A stretch of 64,000 nt of DNA from Candidatus Cloacimonadales bacterium (GCA_963663475.2 CAXXJV010000001.1:1312001-1376000), one strand, 5' to 3'. Positions 41,310-51,565 are shown, numbered from the stretch's first letter. Program-made: numbers and translations. The notes: generated by a model not told the origin, from the letters alone.

Positions 41310-43562
41310 ATGAAGAGATATATATTTTTATTCATGATATTAGTACTATTCCTTGGCGCTTCAGCAGAACTTGACTACAACTTATTATCTGAATTTGGTT
41401 TTGGTGGAGTTGCAAACGTGATGTACTCAAATAACAAAATTCTATGTGGGAATTCTTATGGATATATTATTTATGATATACAAGAAGATGGAACTCTGGA
41501 TAGTATTAGCAATGTTAGAGATAATTTTGAATGGATAGGGCAATATTCCTTTGAAAAAGTAATTGAATATAGTGGGGCTTTGTATTCTGATGACCCTATA
41601 AATTTTCCTAATTATTTTTCAATATATGATACGTCAGCACCTAACGAATTTTCTTTAATACATCAAACGCAAATTGATAGTGATAACATGCTATCAGCAG
41701 AAATGTTCGAACACTTTTTCATAAGGAAAACAGGCAATAATCAGTATACGATTTATGACCTTGAAAATTTTAGTACTATGAGTCAAGTTAATAATATTTC
41801 CTTACTCCCATCTACAAAATTTAAAGACTTAGGAGCAGTCCTGTTGGATTTATCTGATAACTGTTACTATTATTACGAGATTGATGACTTTGGTACTCTC
41901 CAAAAGAAATATAATATAGGTGCAGAAGAAAGAAAGATAGCAATAGATGGAGATAAGATGATCACTTATACTATAGGAGATATTAATTTCTACAATATCA
42001 CAGTCTCCGATGAATTAGAATTGATAGGTTCATTTTTTCTTCCAGAACCGATAAATGAAGGAAGCCAAATAGCTTATAAAGATGATATGGTTGCCTTTTC
42101 AATTGCCGAAGGAGTATATCCTAGAACATCAAGACTCTACCTATATGATGTTTCTCATGTTAGTTCAACCAACTCCATAGAGTTTCTTGATTGTGTTAAT
42201 TTGTCAAACAGACCTTATTCTCAATTCTGTTCAGCTGCTTCACTTGTACAAAGTGATAATGACTTTTATGTTTACACTTATGATTATTTACTGCACGCTT
42301 CTATAAGTAATGGGAATATATTTCTTGATGATGAGGGAACTCTTGCAACTGGTAGCCTTTCAACACAAGGAATAATTAAAAATAATCATCTATATACTCA
42401 ACATACATACAGAGACAACCATCTTAAAATATTTTCTCTTAGTGATTTGACAAATGTGCAAGAGATTAATCATGATTACCCGGATGCCAGTTTATATAGG
42501 TTCTTAGAAGAAAATGAAAAAGTAGTAAGATATGATGAACTGACTGGTGCTGTCTACCTGTATGATTTTAGTACAGATGAGATGATTTTGGAAGCTACTT
42601 ATGCCCCACAGCCTCCTTTCCCTCAAGATTGGTTTGAAGCACTTAAATGGGATGGGAACCATTTTATCTATCAATCCTTAGGCTCTATCTATTCTCTTGT
42701 TTATACAGATGGAGAGTTTACCCAAACGTGGTCTATTTCAAATTCTGATAATTATTTTTATAATTATAGTTATGGTATATATGAAAACTACTTATATGAA
42801 TATGAAAAAGGATTGGGAGTTGTTGTTTATGAATTTACACAAGATGGTATCAATCAGATAAATTACCTAACTATACCTTTTAATAGTGGGCAGGAAGCCT
42901 ATATAAAAGGTGATATTGTGAATATTGATAACAAAATTGTTGATCTTTCTGTTGATCCAATAAACCTTTCTCAGAGATATAATCTTAATCAGAATTTAAT
43001 ATTTGGTTACCCTAAAATATACAATGATTACTTGTTTTATTGTGGGAGAGAGAATGTGTATGATAATGGGACATTAGTTGCTATAGATGAGGGACTCTTT
43101 ATGTATAAGTTTGTAGATGATGCACTATCTAAGGTCGGAGTAATAGTAACAGGTAACTATATATCTAATGCCCAGGTTATCCCAGGGAGAACAGAGGATA
43201 GTTTTAATCTATTAGTATCTGAAAGCGGTCATTTCTCCATCTACTCCTGCCAAGCTACCCCCAACGGTAACCTAGATATCACACCTGTAATCTTTAATTC
43301 TTCTAACTATCCTAACCCCTTTAATCCCGAAACGACTATCTCTTATAACATCCCTAAGAAAGGTAATGTTACCGTCGATATTTATAACATTAAAGGACAG
43401 AAGGTCAAGTCTTTACTTAAAGAAGAGCAAGACGCAGGTAAACACTCCATCATTTGGAAGGGGAATAATGATAAGGGGCAGAAAGTTAGTTCAGGAACAT
43501 ATCTTTATAGGGTAAAAAGTGGAGATGAGGAAATTGTTAATAAAATGATGCTGGTGAAATAG
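41310..43562 (+). CDS. Large secreted FlgD-Ig/T9SS-CTD protein, cassette C
   Basis: GAGG RBS, signal peptide, same CTD. Confidence 0.88.
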   Translation: MKRYIFLFMILVLFLGASAELDYNLLSEFGFGGVANVMYSNNKILCGNSYGYIIYDIQEDGTLDSISNVRDNFEWIGQYSFEKVIEYSGALYSDDPINFPNYFSIYDTSAPNEFSLIHQTQIDSDNMLSAEMFEHFFIRKTGNNQYTIYDLENFSTMSQVNNISLLPSTKFKDLGAVLLDLSDNCYYYYEIDDFGTLQKKYNIGAEERKIAIDGDKMITYTIGDINFYNITVSDELELIGSFFLPEPINEGSQIAYKDDMVAFSIAEGVYPRTSRLYLYDVSHVSSTNSIEFLDCVNLSNRPYSQFCSAASLVQSDNDFYVYTYDYLLHASISNGNIFLDDEGTLATGSLSTQGIIKNNHLYTQHTYRDNHLKIFSLSDLTNVQEINHDYPDASLYRFLEENEKVVRYDELTGAVYLYDFSTDEMILEATYAPQPPFPQDWFEALKWDGNHFIYQSLGSIYSLVYTDGEFTQTWSISNSDNYFYNYSYGIYENYLYEYEKGLGVVVYEFTQDGINQINYLTIPFNSGQEAYIKGDIVNIDNKIVDLSVDPINLSQRYNLNQNLIFGYPKIYNDYLFYCGRENVYDNGTLVAIDEGLFMYKFVDDALSKVGVIVTGNYISNAQVIPGRTEDSFNLLVSESGHFSIYSCQATPNGNLDITPVIFNSSNYPNPFNPETTISYNIPKKGNVTVDIYNIKGQKVKSLLKEEQDAGKHSIIWKGNNDKGQKVSSGTYLYRVKSGDEEIVNKMMLVK

Positions 43563-43696
43563 GAGCATAGGTCAGGCAAGATCTACTGCATTATATGGGA
43601 TTATAGTCAGCTTTTAAAAGTAAGTCTAAGGAAAACTGTTGACATATTTCTACACTTTTTAAAATTCAACTAAAGATATATTTTGAGAGGATAATT

Positions 43697-45082
43697 GTGG
43701 CACATAGAGTCTTAATAGTTGAAGATAATAAATATTTATCAGCCCAGTATAAGATGGTATTAGAGAGACACGGCTATGAAATAAAAATAGTGTTCGATAG
43801 TGATGAACTGTTTGAAGAATATCCGACTTTTAATCCAGAAGTTATTGTAGTTAACATGATGCTTACCTACAGTGCATTAAATGGTATTCAGATTACCAGA
43901 GCTTTAGTATATGACTATAAAACGCAGGCCAAGTTAATTGCAATTTCTGCAGAAGCAAGTGCTTTAGAGCTTAAAGAAATTCGTAAGTTAGGTGTCTTTA
44001 CTTTTATTGAAAAAGGAGAGAATTTTAATCTTAATTATCTAATTGTTAATATTGAAAATGCTATCAAGTATTCTAAAAATGAAGATGAAAACAAGAATCT
44101 AATTCATCATAATAAAAATCTTAAGAAACAGATTCTTAGCAAAAATCCATTCTTAGGCCTCTGCAAGAAAGTTAGAAGTCTTAAAGAGGATGTTATCAAT
44201 GCAACTATAAAAGAACAATCCTTGCTAATATATGGTGCTCCAGGAACAGGAAGACACAACTTAGTTAATTACTATTATAACAATTCCACCCGTTTTGGAA
44301 TGCCTTTTCTACAGGTTAACTGCCGTCAGTTATCTAATGAAATTGATTATCAATTACGCCACAGTCATCTTGAGAAAAGTGAATTAATAAGTCGGAGATT
44401 AGCTGAACTGATAGAAGAGAATGAATCAGGGATAATTCATTTTGATGAACTAGCAAATTTAAGTAATGGTATTCAGTTATTGCTAGTTAAGTATATTGAA
44501 CAAGCTGAAGAATCAACTACTATCCCCATTTTTCTCTTCACAACATCATATACTTTGGGAAGACTTAAGGCTAGAAGAAGAATTAATAGTAAATTACGCG
44601 ATATTATGAAAGATAAATTTTTAACTATCCCTTCACTAAAGAGCAGGGGTAACGATCTAATTATTCTTTTTAAATACTTTATGGAAACTATGTGTGAGCA
44701 ATATTTCTTAGAATGTGCTATTGATTATGAAGAAATAAGTGGAATTCTTAAATCTTATAAGTGGCCAGGTAATGTAGTTGAATTAAAGAATTTCTGTAAA
44801 AATATTGCTTTAAAATATAAAAATGTTGATAATAAAGCTATCATCTCTTCTTTCAGGAAACTAACTATCAATAAAGATTGTAATGACTGCGGATTAGATC
44901 TCTATGATATGGATAATTTTAAAGAAGCTGTAATTACTTTTGAAAAGAATTATTTAACCCAGAAACTAAATCAACACAAGTGGAAAATGAGTGAAGTGTC
45001 AAGATCTATAAATATTGAAAGATCAACACTTTATAAGAAAATTAGCCAATTAAATATTGAAAGAGAAGATAACATTGACTAA
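43697..45082 (+). CDS. NtrC-like response regulator (REC-AAA-HTH_8), degenerate
   Basis: RVLIVED receiver, GAPGTGR, VNC, FDE, Y.WPGNV.EL.N and Fis-type I.RSTLYKKI HTH. Confidence 0.85.
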   Translation: MAHRVLIVEDNKYLSAQYKMVLERHGYEIKIVFDSDELFEEYPTFNPEVIVVNMMLTYSALNGIQITRALVYDYKTQAKLIAISAEASALELKEIRKLGVFTFIEKGENFNLNYLIVNIENAIKYSKNEDENKNLIHHNKNLKKQILSKNPFLGLCKKVRSLKEDVINATIKEQSLLIYGAPGTGRHNLVNYYYNNSTRFGMPFLQVNCRQLSNEIDYQLRHSHLEKSELISRRLAELIEENESGIIHFDELANLSNGIQLLLVKYIEQAEESTTIPIFLFTTSYTLGRLKARRRINSKLRDIMKDKFLTIPSLKSRGNDLIILFKYFMETMCEQYFLECAIDYEEISGILKSYKWPGNVVELKNFCKNIALKYKNVDNKAIISSFRKLTINKDCNDCGLDLYDMDNFKEAVITFEKNYLTQKLNQHKWKMSEVSRSINIERSTLYKKISQLNIEREDNID

Positions 45083-46091
45083 AAAATATATTCTTGCTTT
45101 TGAAACTTCCTGTGATGATACTTCTGTTTCTCTTATAGATACAGATTATCATGTCTATACAAACCTGATATCATCACAGCTTGAACATAATAAATACGGT
45201 GGTGTTGTTCCTGAAATTGCTTCTAGATTGCATATGAAGACTATAATGAAATTAACTCAGATTGCTTTAGAGGAAGCTAATCTAAGCTTAAAAGATATCT
45301 CAGCAATAGCTGTTTCAGTAAATCCAGGACTAATCGGCTCTCTCTTAGTAGGTCTATCTTTTGCTAAAAGTTTAGCCTACTCCCTTAATATCCCTCTAAT
45401 AACTGTTAATCATATGTTAGGACATATAGCTGCAAATCTGATTGAACATCCCAACTTAACTGCTCCTTATCTTGCTTTAGTTGTCTCGGGAGGACATACT
45501 GAATTAGTTCATTTTATTACTGAACAAGACTTTAAAATAGTTGGTCAAACAAGAGATGATGCTGCAGGAGAAGCCTTTGATAAAAGTGCTAAACTCTTAG
45601 GATTAGGTTACCCTGGAGGACCTATAATCGATAAATTGGCTCAAAAAGGTAATGAGAACTTTCATGATTTTCCCCTAGGTCTAAATAGAAAAAATAACTA
45701 TGATTTCTCTTTTTCTGGCTTAAAAACCTCTGTATCTACTTATGTAAAAAGTCAAACTCAAGACTTTATCAATGAGAATAAAGAGAATATATGTGCTTCA
45801 CTTCAGAAAGCTATCGTGTCTATTCTGGTAAAGAAGACTATCAATTATGCCAAGCAGGAAAAGATAAAAAAAATTATTATTGCTGGGGGAGTCTCTGCCA
45901 ACAAAGGACTTAGAAACAATATGCAGAAACAAGCTAATAAGATTAAAGCTAGTCTTTATGTACCAAAACTTGAGTATTGTATGGACAATGCTGCAATGAT
46001 AGGGGCTGCTGCGGTTAAAAAGTTCTTAAATAAAGAATATTCTGACCTAAAAGTTAATGCTTTTTCTACTAAGGGAGTTAGGTACTTATAA
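45075..46091 (+). CDS. tsaD: tRNA N6-adenosine threonylcarbamoyltransferase TsaD
   Basis: ETSCDDT, GGVVPEIASRLH, NHMLGH, SGGHT, DDAAGEAFDK, FSFSGLKT, GGVSAN and DNAAMI motifs; TTG start overlapping the upstream gene end. Confidence 0.97.
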   Translation: MTKKYILAFETSCDDTSVSLIDTDYHVYTNLISSQLEHNKYGGVVPEIASRLHMKTIMKLTQIALEEANLSLKDISAIAVSVNPGLIGSLLVGLSFAKSLAYSLNIPLITVNHMLGHIAANLIEHPNLTAPYLALVVSGGHTELVHFITEQDFKIVGQTRDDAAGEAFDKSAKLLGLGYPGGPIIDKLAQKGNENFHDFPLGLNRKNNYDFSFSGLKTSVSTYVKSQTQDFINENKENICASLQKAIVSILVKKTINYAKQEKIKKIIIAGGVSANKGLRNNMQKQANKIKASLYVPKLEYCMDNAAMIGAAAVKKFLNKEYSDLKVNAFSTKGVRYL

Positions 46092-46118
46092 GAGAAATTA
46101 CGAGAAACTTCTTAACTC

Positions 46119-49100
46119 TTAGTATATATCCAATACCTTAATAAGTGTCTTTGTTCCTATAATATATAATACTTCTTCCTTTTTAGCATTCATTATTGTT
46201 TTTGCTAAAGGACTATCAAAACTAATCTTAATAATACTATCATGAATACTTGTTTCAGATATTTTTCTAACAATCCGATATTCAAATATTTGTTGGTTAT
46301 CTAAATAGAGTATTCTAAAACGTTTACTCAACAGAACATTAGTTTGTTTGGTCAACTGTATATAGTCTTCCTCTATTTGATTTATGCTCTCTTCAAGCGG
46401 AGTAATCGCTTGATCTTGGTCCATATAAAACTCATAATCCTTAATCTGAATATATATCCATCCACACCTTCTAAGAACTCTTGCTTGTTTGACATTTTTC
46501 ACAATTATGTCTTTCTGCTGAACTTCTGATAAATGATAGTCTTGGCTAGTCAAATCAAAACAATCAATAGCGATTTTACTACCTCCAGATGTAACAGCAA
46601 CTAAATCAATTATGTATTTATCTTTTACTACAGAATATTTTGGTATGGCAGGAATAGAATTCTGTACAAGTAAGTTATAAACTTCAGTTTCAAACCAAGA
46701 TGAAAATGGTAAAGGACTTGCTCCAGTTCCATAATTTATTACAGGATCTTTTCTTGTATGATTTTTACTTTGATAATTCATTATATGATGTAATATTAAA
46801 TATCTTTGATCTTCTTGATTAAGCAAGTCTTTTAACTCTACTGAATGGAAAATCCATAGTTGCTCTTTTGCTCGAGAACCAGCAACATTAAATCTTCTTT
46901 TATCTTGGTTTTTAGTTAAAGCACTTCGCCTATGATTTGGGGCTGTTACTAAACTTAACATTATTACATCTCTTTCATCACCTTGGAAAGATGCTGAGTT
47001 GCCACATACAATCTTTCTATTAATAATTTCGTCTTCAGGAATGAATTGGAGTAGCAACTGCTCAATTTTCTCTGCTTGGCTAGTTCCTTGTAAGACAATT
47101 ACTCCAAAAGTTTTTTTCTGGTATTCATCTAACTTTATTAAACTAGCTATTTTATTTACAATAGCTTGTGCTTCTACATCATTGTGGATATTGGTTTTAT
47201 CTCCTTCCACAAAAGCGTTAGGACAATAATGGCTTTCTAAGGGACTTAATCTTTTCTCAGAAAACTGCTTGAGAGGGTATAGGGTTTGATCGTCAGGTCT
47301 ATAATAATTACTATTACTAAACTCAATAATTTCTGGCATACACCTAAAATGTTCTCTTAATGAAACACTAGCAGGACAGTATATTTTACCAATATCAAAA
47401 AGACTGTTGCCTATGTTGAAATTTTCTCTATGCAAATCATTAGCAAGTAATCTATTAAGATCTTCATCCATTGAGTTAGTATTAACTCCAACATATTCTG
47501 GAGATGTTTGCTTATCATCACCAACTATAACAATTTTTTTAGCAATATAAAAGAGAAATAGTGCTTCTGGTCCTAATTGGCTAGCTTCATCAATAATAAT
47601 AATATCAAACATATTATGATGTGGGTTAATTGTCTCAGCAACTTTATAAAGTGGCATTATCCAGCATGGTACTACTTCTTTACACTTTTCCATTTTCTCT
47701 CTGGCAATAGAACTATATCTTTTATAGCTCTGGCTTTTAGGTGATTTGCCCATTTTCTCTATAGATGCTACCCAATCTTTGATAGAAATACTTAACTCTC
47801 TATCATTGCGTAGTTTATTAATGATATTAGCCCATGACTTCTGATTAATCAAGGACTTTGTAATATCTTTCTTTCTAATTTCTGCTCTCTTAATATCCTC
47901 TTTAAGCCTGTTATTTTGCACATTATTGTCTGCAATTAAATCAGCTAACTTAACTTGCGCTTCTGTTAATATAAATGCTTTAGATAATTGCTTAATATGA
48001 TTTATTGTGATATTCTCAGAAAAAATATCATCGATAAGATGGGGAAGATATTCTCTCAATGCATCTGCTTCTTGCAAGAATGCTTGATATTCCTCTTGTA
48101 GTAAAGCTAGTTGCCTAAGTTTCTTCAATGAAGTATCATATAATTGGATATCATTAGTTCTAAGAGAATCAATCAAGTCTTGTTTAACTATATGCAATTG
48201 GTTAGCAGACAAATACTCGATTGCTGAATCAGTTTTCTCGTTAATTCTCTGCAACTTATTTGCTAAAGAGAGATAATTAATATCTTTCATGAAAGAATTA
48301 ATATCTTCAGTATTAAGTTGCAAACTCGGCACTCCATTAGTCTTATAGATTTCAAACAAGAGTCTTTTTATCTCGGTGAAACTATTTTTTATTTCAATGG
48401 TTTTTTCTAAGTGATTTTTTAGAAATTGGATTTTATAAGCAATATTTAAATTTTCTATATTGCTGGGATTTATTCCCCAAATCTTTAAGATATTACTAAT
48501 TGAAATTTTAATTGATAAGTATTTCTTAAAAACCACTAAATCATTACTGTATGTACAGGGGCGATTATTAATGTTAAAGGAATCAATAGTTTTTAAAACA
48601 CTCTTGATATATTTTGGAAAGAAAGGTCTTTGTAACTTAAAAAATAAACTTCTTAGATTAGTATCTTGCTTAAAATATTCTAAAAGAATACTTGCATTTG
48701 CTTCAATTCTCTCATTATTGAAGATTTTTAACTCTTGAATAGATTTCTTCTCTTTCTGGAAATAATTTTGATTAGTTTGGATATCTTCTAGGATATCTTT
48801 GGTATTTCTAATCCTCTCTTCAAGTTGGTTTAAACTGTTGCTGTTAAAAAAGTTTAATATTTCTTCTTTATAATCAAAGTTTATACTAGTGTAGACTTGG
48901 AAGGACTTCTGTAGAGAGCAAGCAAGGTTATATAAATTCTCGATTTTTTCAGACTCAACTGTCCAACTAATCTCATAATTCTCATAATCATTTTTTAACT
49001 GATTTTTAATACTATGATATTTCTTAAGTTCTTCAAGGGGTATGATTAAAGACTCATTAGGAAGCTCATCTAAAAGATCATCTTGAGGGAGAATAATAAA

Positions 49101-50801
49101 TTCTTGATTTTTATTAAAGAAAACCTTAGTTCTCTTTAAGATATTTTGCTTATCATTATTATCATAATCATGGTAAGTGTCTTTATACCAGCTAAAGATT
49201 TGTCTTTCATCCCTTATTCTTTTAGCTATTTCAGAAATCTTACCTCTATATTGAAAATTCAAATTTTGATCTAAGTAGATTATTCTTTGTAGATCATAGT
49301 AGTCTTCATAAGATTTCTCAAGTAATTCTTGGTTACTTTCTAAGACTTTTTCATTTTTTTTAATTTGTTTTTTCAAAGAACTCAAATTTTCTTTTTCAGT
49401 TTTATCTATTATCAGATTTATACTTTTGGTTAAATCTGCCTTTGATTGGGTATCGTTATTTAAATAAGAGACTGTTAATTCTCTAATCTCTTCTGGAATT
49501 TTATCTTTAAGTACTTCCAGTGCTCTCTGAGTATAAGCTGTTACTAGTATTTTTTTGTTAGTCGCTAAATAATGAGATATAAGGTTAGAGATTGTATGAG
49601 ACTTACCTGTACCTGGAGGACCTTTTACTAAGACTGCTTGGTGGTCTTTGATTTTATATAAAATATTTTCTTGCTCATCATTATAATCTTTGGGGAAATA
49701 AATAGGATCAACACTGTATTCTTCTTCAGGAGAAGGTTCTTTGCGAGAATTTTTAGAAGTTAAGATATTAAAATTTTCTGGAGTTTGAGCACATAAGTCA
49801 ACTTGATCAATTATTTTTTGGTATAGATTTATCAGGTTACGAGTATTATTTCTTCTGAAGATGATAGCTGGGCTGTAAGTTAATAAAGGGAGGTGATTAT
49901 CTTCTCTCTTACTTTTACTTGTAATAGATTGAAATAATCCGTCAGGGTGTAGTTGCGAGATGAATTCTCCCAATTTATTTTCTTCTAATGTAGTTAAATC
50001 ATTGATGTATTCTTCATCTTGTTGAGGTTGAAAAAAAGTAGTTAACTTATTTGAAACTTCTGAAAGCTTATGAGAATCAAACAAGTCACTATAATGTCTG
50101 ATGAAGTCTGTTTCTACTTGGGGCAGCTCCTCATTATTTACCTGAATTATAATTTCTGAATGATTATTTATAAAGCTATGGGATATGTTTATCTGCTGGG
50201 TTAAGATATGTCTGTAAATTTGAACTTGAGGATTTCTAAAATTAAATAAGCCAATTGCCAAAATTAATTGATATTCCTCTGGAAATTTTTCTCTTTTGTT
50301 GGCTATCGTGAATAACTTACGGTATATTTGCTGACTTCTTGTGTAAATTTCATGTTTAGTTTTATAGTTTGCTAAAGCTACTTCATATTTCTCTTTTTCT
50401 TCTTTAAAAGTAGTATCAATATATTTGGTATAGATGTCTAAGATATTGGGCATATTTTCTAGCGAAATTTCTTTGCCATTTTCCCTTATTGACCTATTTA
50501 AATCCACAGAAATACTAGTATCTGTTTCATGAATAATTGCCCACTTACTGAGTTCCGTTGAAGTAATAATGAAAGATGGTTTTATAGGTTCTTCAGGTTT
50601 TTTTATTTTTAATAAATAATCATGTTTATTATTATCTTGAGAAAAAATATGTGAAATGAACTTGTTATTAGGAATTTCAGAAAACCAGATAATTTCTTCA
50701 TATTGACTCTTATTAGATTCAATATCAGCTACAGGAATGTATCTAAGTTGGGAAAAGTTTTTTAAATATTCAAGGAAATCCAGTAGAGTTTTCTTATTCA
50801 T
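46119..50801 (-). CDS. 1560-aa SF1 (UPF1/DNA2-like) helicase with Vsr/DUF559-like nuclease and GreA/B-C-like tail
   Basis: N.EQ, GPPGTGKSHTI.NL, DEASQ, VGDDKQ, LREHFRC, FQGDERD and RFNVA.SRA helicase motifs; S.FE.EV...IDLV...IAIDC...R.GW; ISFDSPLAK tail. Confidence 0.85.
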   Translation of the reverse strand: MNKKTLLDFLEYLKNFSQLRYIPVADIESNKSQYEEIIWFSEIPNNKFISHIFSQDNNKHDYLLKIKKPEEPIKPSFIITSTELSKWAIIHETDTSISVDLNRSIRENGKEISLENMPNILDIYTKYIDTTFKEEKEKYEVALANYKTKHEIYTRSQQIYRKLFTIANKREKFPEEYQLILAIGLFNFRNPQVQIYRHILTQQINISHSFINNHSEIIIQVNNEELPQVETDFIRHYSDLFDSHKLSEVSNKLTTFFQPQQDEEYINDLTTLEENKLGEFISQLHPDGLFQSITSKSKREDNHLPLLTYSPAIIFRRNNTRNLINLYQKIIDQVDLCAQTPENFNILTSKNSRKEPSPEEEYSVDPIYFPKDYNDEQENILYKIKDHQAVLVKGPPGTGKSHTISNLISHYLATNKKILVTAYTQRALEVLKDKIPEEIRELTVSYLNNDTQSKADLTKSINLIIDKTEKENLSSLKKQIKKNEKVLESNQELLEKSYEDYYDLQRIIYLDQNLNFQYRGKISEIAKRIRDERQIFSWYKDTYHDYDNNDKQNILKRTKVFFNKNQEFIILPQDDLLDELPNESLIIPLEELKKYHSIKNQLKNDYENYEISWTVESEKIENLYNLACSLQKSFQVYTSINFDYKEEILNFFNSNSLNQLEERIRNTKDILEDIQTNQNYFQKEKKSIQELKIFNNERIEANASILLEYFKQDTNLRSLFFKLQRPFFPKYIKSVLKTIDSFNINNRPCTYSNDLVVFKKYLSIKISISNILKIWGINPSNIENLNIAYKIQFLKNHLEKTIEIKNSFTEIKRLLFEIYKTNGVPSLQLNTEDINSFMKDINYLSLANKLQRINEKTDSAIEYLSANQLHIVKQDLIDSLRTNDIQLYDTSLKKLRQLALLQEEYQAFLQEADALREYLPHLIDDIFSENITINHIKQLSKAFILTEAQVKLADLIADNNVQNNRLKEDIKRAEIRKKDITKSLINQKSWANIINKLRNDRELSISIKDWVASIEKMGKSPKSQSYKRYSSIAREKMEKCKEVVPCWIMPLYKVAETINPHHNMFDIIIIDEASQLGPEALFLFYIAKKIVIVGDDKQTSPEYVGVNTNSMDEDLNRLLANDLHRENFNIGNSLFDIGKIYCPASVSLREHFRCMPEIIEFSNSNYYRPDDQTLYPLKQFSEKRLSPLESHYCPNAFVEGDKTNIHNDVEAQAIVNKIASLIKLDEYQKKTFGVIVLQGTSQAEKIEQLLLQFIPEDEIINRKIVCGNSASFQGDERDVIMLSLVTAPNHRRSALTKNQDKRRFNVAGSRAKEQLWIFHSVELKDLLNQEDQRYLILHHIMNYQSKNHTRKDPVINYGTGASPLPFSSWFETEVYNLLVQNSIPAIPKYSVVKDKYIIDLVAVTSGGSKIAIDCFDLTSQDYHLSEVQQKDIIVKNVKQARVLRRCGWIYIQIKDYEFYMDQDQAITPLEESINQIEEDYIQLTKQTNVLLSKRFRILYLDNQQIFEYRIVRKISETSIHDSIIKISFDSPLAKTIMNAKKEEVLYIIGTKTLIKVLDIY

Positions 50802-50925
50802 TTAACCTCCAAGATGTTTGTTAAGAAAACAATAATCATGATGCACATAAAATAAATAATGTAATAGTAAATTGAGAAAGATAATATGTTCAAAACTATT
50901 GCATAATTATCATTAATATGCACTT

Positions 50926-51039
50926 TGAAATTAAATTGCAGTGAATGAGAAATTATTTTGCAGTTTAGTCAAAAGTACACTGTTGAGAAATTATTTTGCA
51001 GTTTAGTTCTAAGATTTAGAAATTAAATTGCAGTTTAGT
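50926..51039 (+). repeat. Four direct repeats GAAATTA(AA/TT)TTGCAGT, putative transposase binding sites
   Basis: Copies at 50926, 50946, 50984 and 51016; the middle two are identical over 24 bp. Confidence 0.75.
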
Positions 51040-51043
51040 TTAT

Positions 51044-51502
51044 TCAAAAGTTATTTTTTTGTAGTTTAATAATCAAATCTTTACACTCTAAAAGTTCTCT
51101 TAACCTGGTAAATAATTCTTGATTAAGTTCTTGATTTTTGTTTGAAAGGATAGAGCATTCTTTTTCAGACTGATCAATGCTTTTTTTTAAGTCATTACAA
51201 ACCTTTTCCAGCTGATCATAACGTTTTCTTAAGTTAATTAACTCACTATTATCTATCCTCTTCTCCTGGGACTCTTTATTATCCGATAAAAACATCTCTC
51301 CCTTACCTGTTAATAACCAGTTTAAATTAACATCATATTTTTCAGATATTCGTATTATGGCATCCATGGAAGGGTTAGCTTTTCGATTTTTACTAAGCCA
51401 ATCGGAAATATTTCCTGGAGAAACATTAATAGATAAAGCAAAAGTCTTTTTATTGATATTCAATAAGTTAATCAGTTCTACAATTCGTTCTGCAACTTCC
51501 AT
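51044..51502 (-). CDS. Phage repressor (XRE HTH) with coiled-coil C-terminus
   Basis: FA.SINVS.G.IS.W...PS...I..I...YDVNLNWLLTGKGEMF. Confidence 0.85.
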   Translation of the reverse strand: MEVAERIVELINLLNINKKTFALSINVSPGNISDWLSKNRKANPSMDAIIRISEKYDVNLNWLLTGKGEMFLSDNKESQEKRIDNSELINLRKRYDQLEKVCNDLKKSIDQSEKECSILSNKNQELNQELFTRLRELLECKDLIIKLQKNNF

Positions 51503-51525
51503 AATACCTCTTTTATTTCAAATAG

Positions 51526-51565
51526 TCGAAATAAATCTTGACATGATTTCGAATATTCATATTAT
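51526..51565 (+). promoter_or_regulatory. Early promoter with overlapping operator-like inverted repeat
   Basis: TTGACA at 51538 flanked by TCGAAAT (51526) / ATTTCGA (51546); TATTAT at 51560. Confidence 0.55.

Noticed and set aside
34620-43562. Diversity-generating retroelement (TR/VR) explanation for the repeated C-termini
   Set aside because: No reverse transcriptase in the window; all copies are coding, and the few differences are mostly synonymous and not adenine-specific.
50926-51039. Possible mini-CRISPR array
   Set aside because: Spacers are only 0-14 bp and unequal, and no cas genes are present; position at the prophage edge fits transposase binding sites better.
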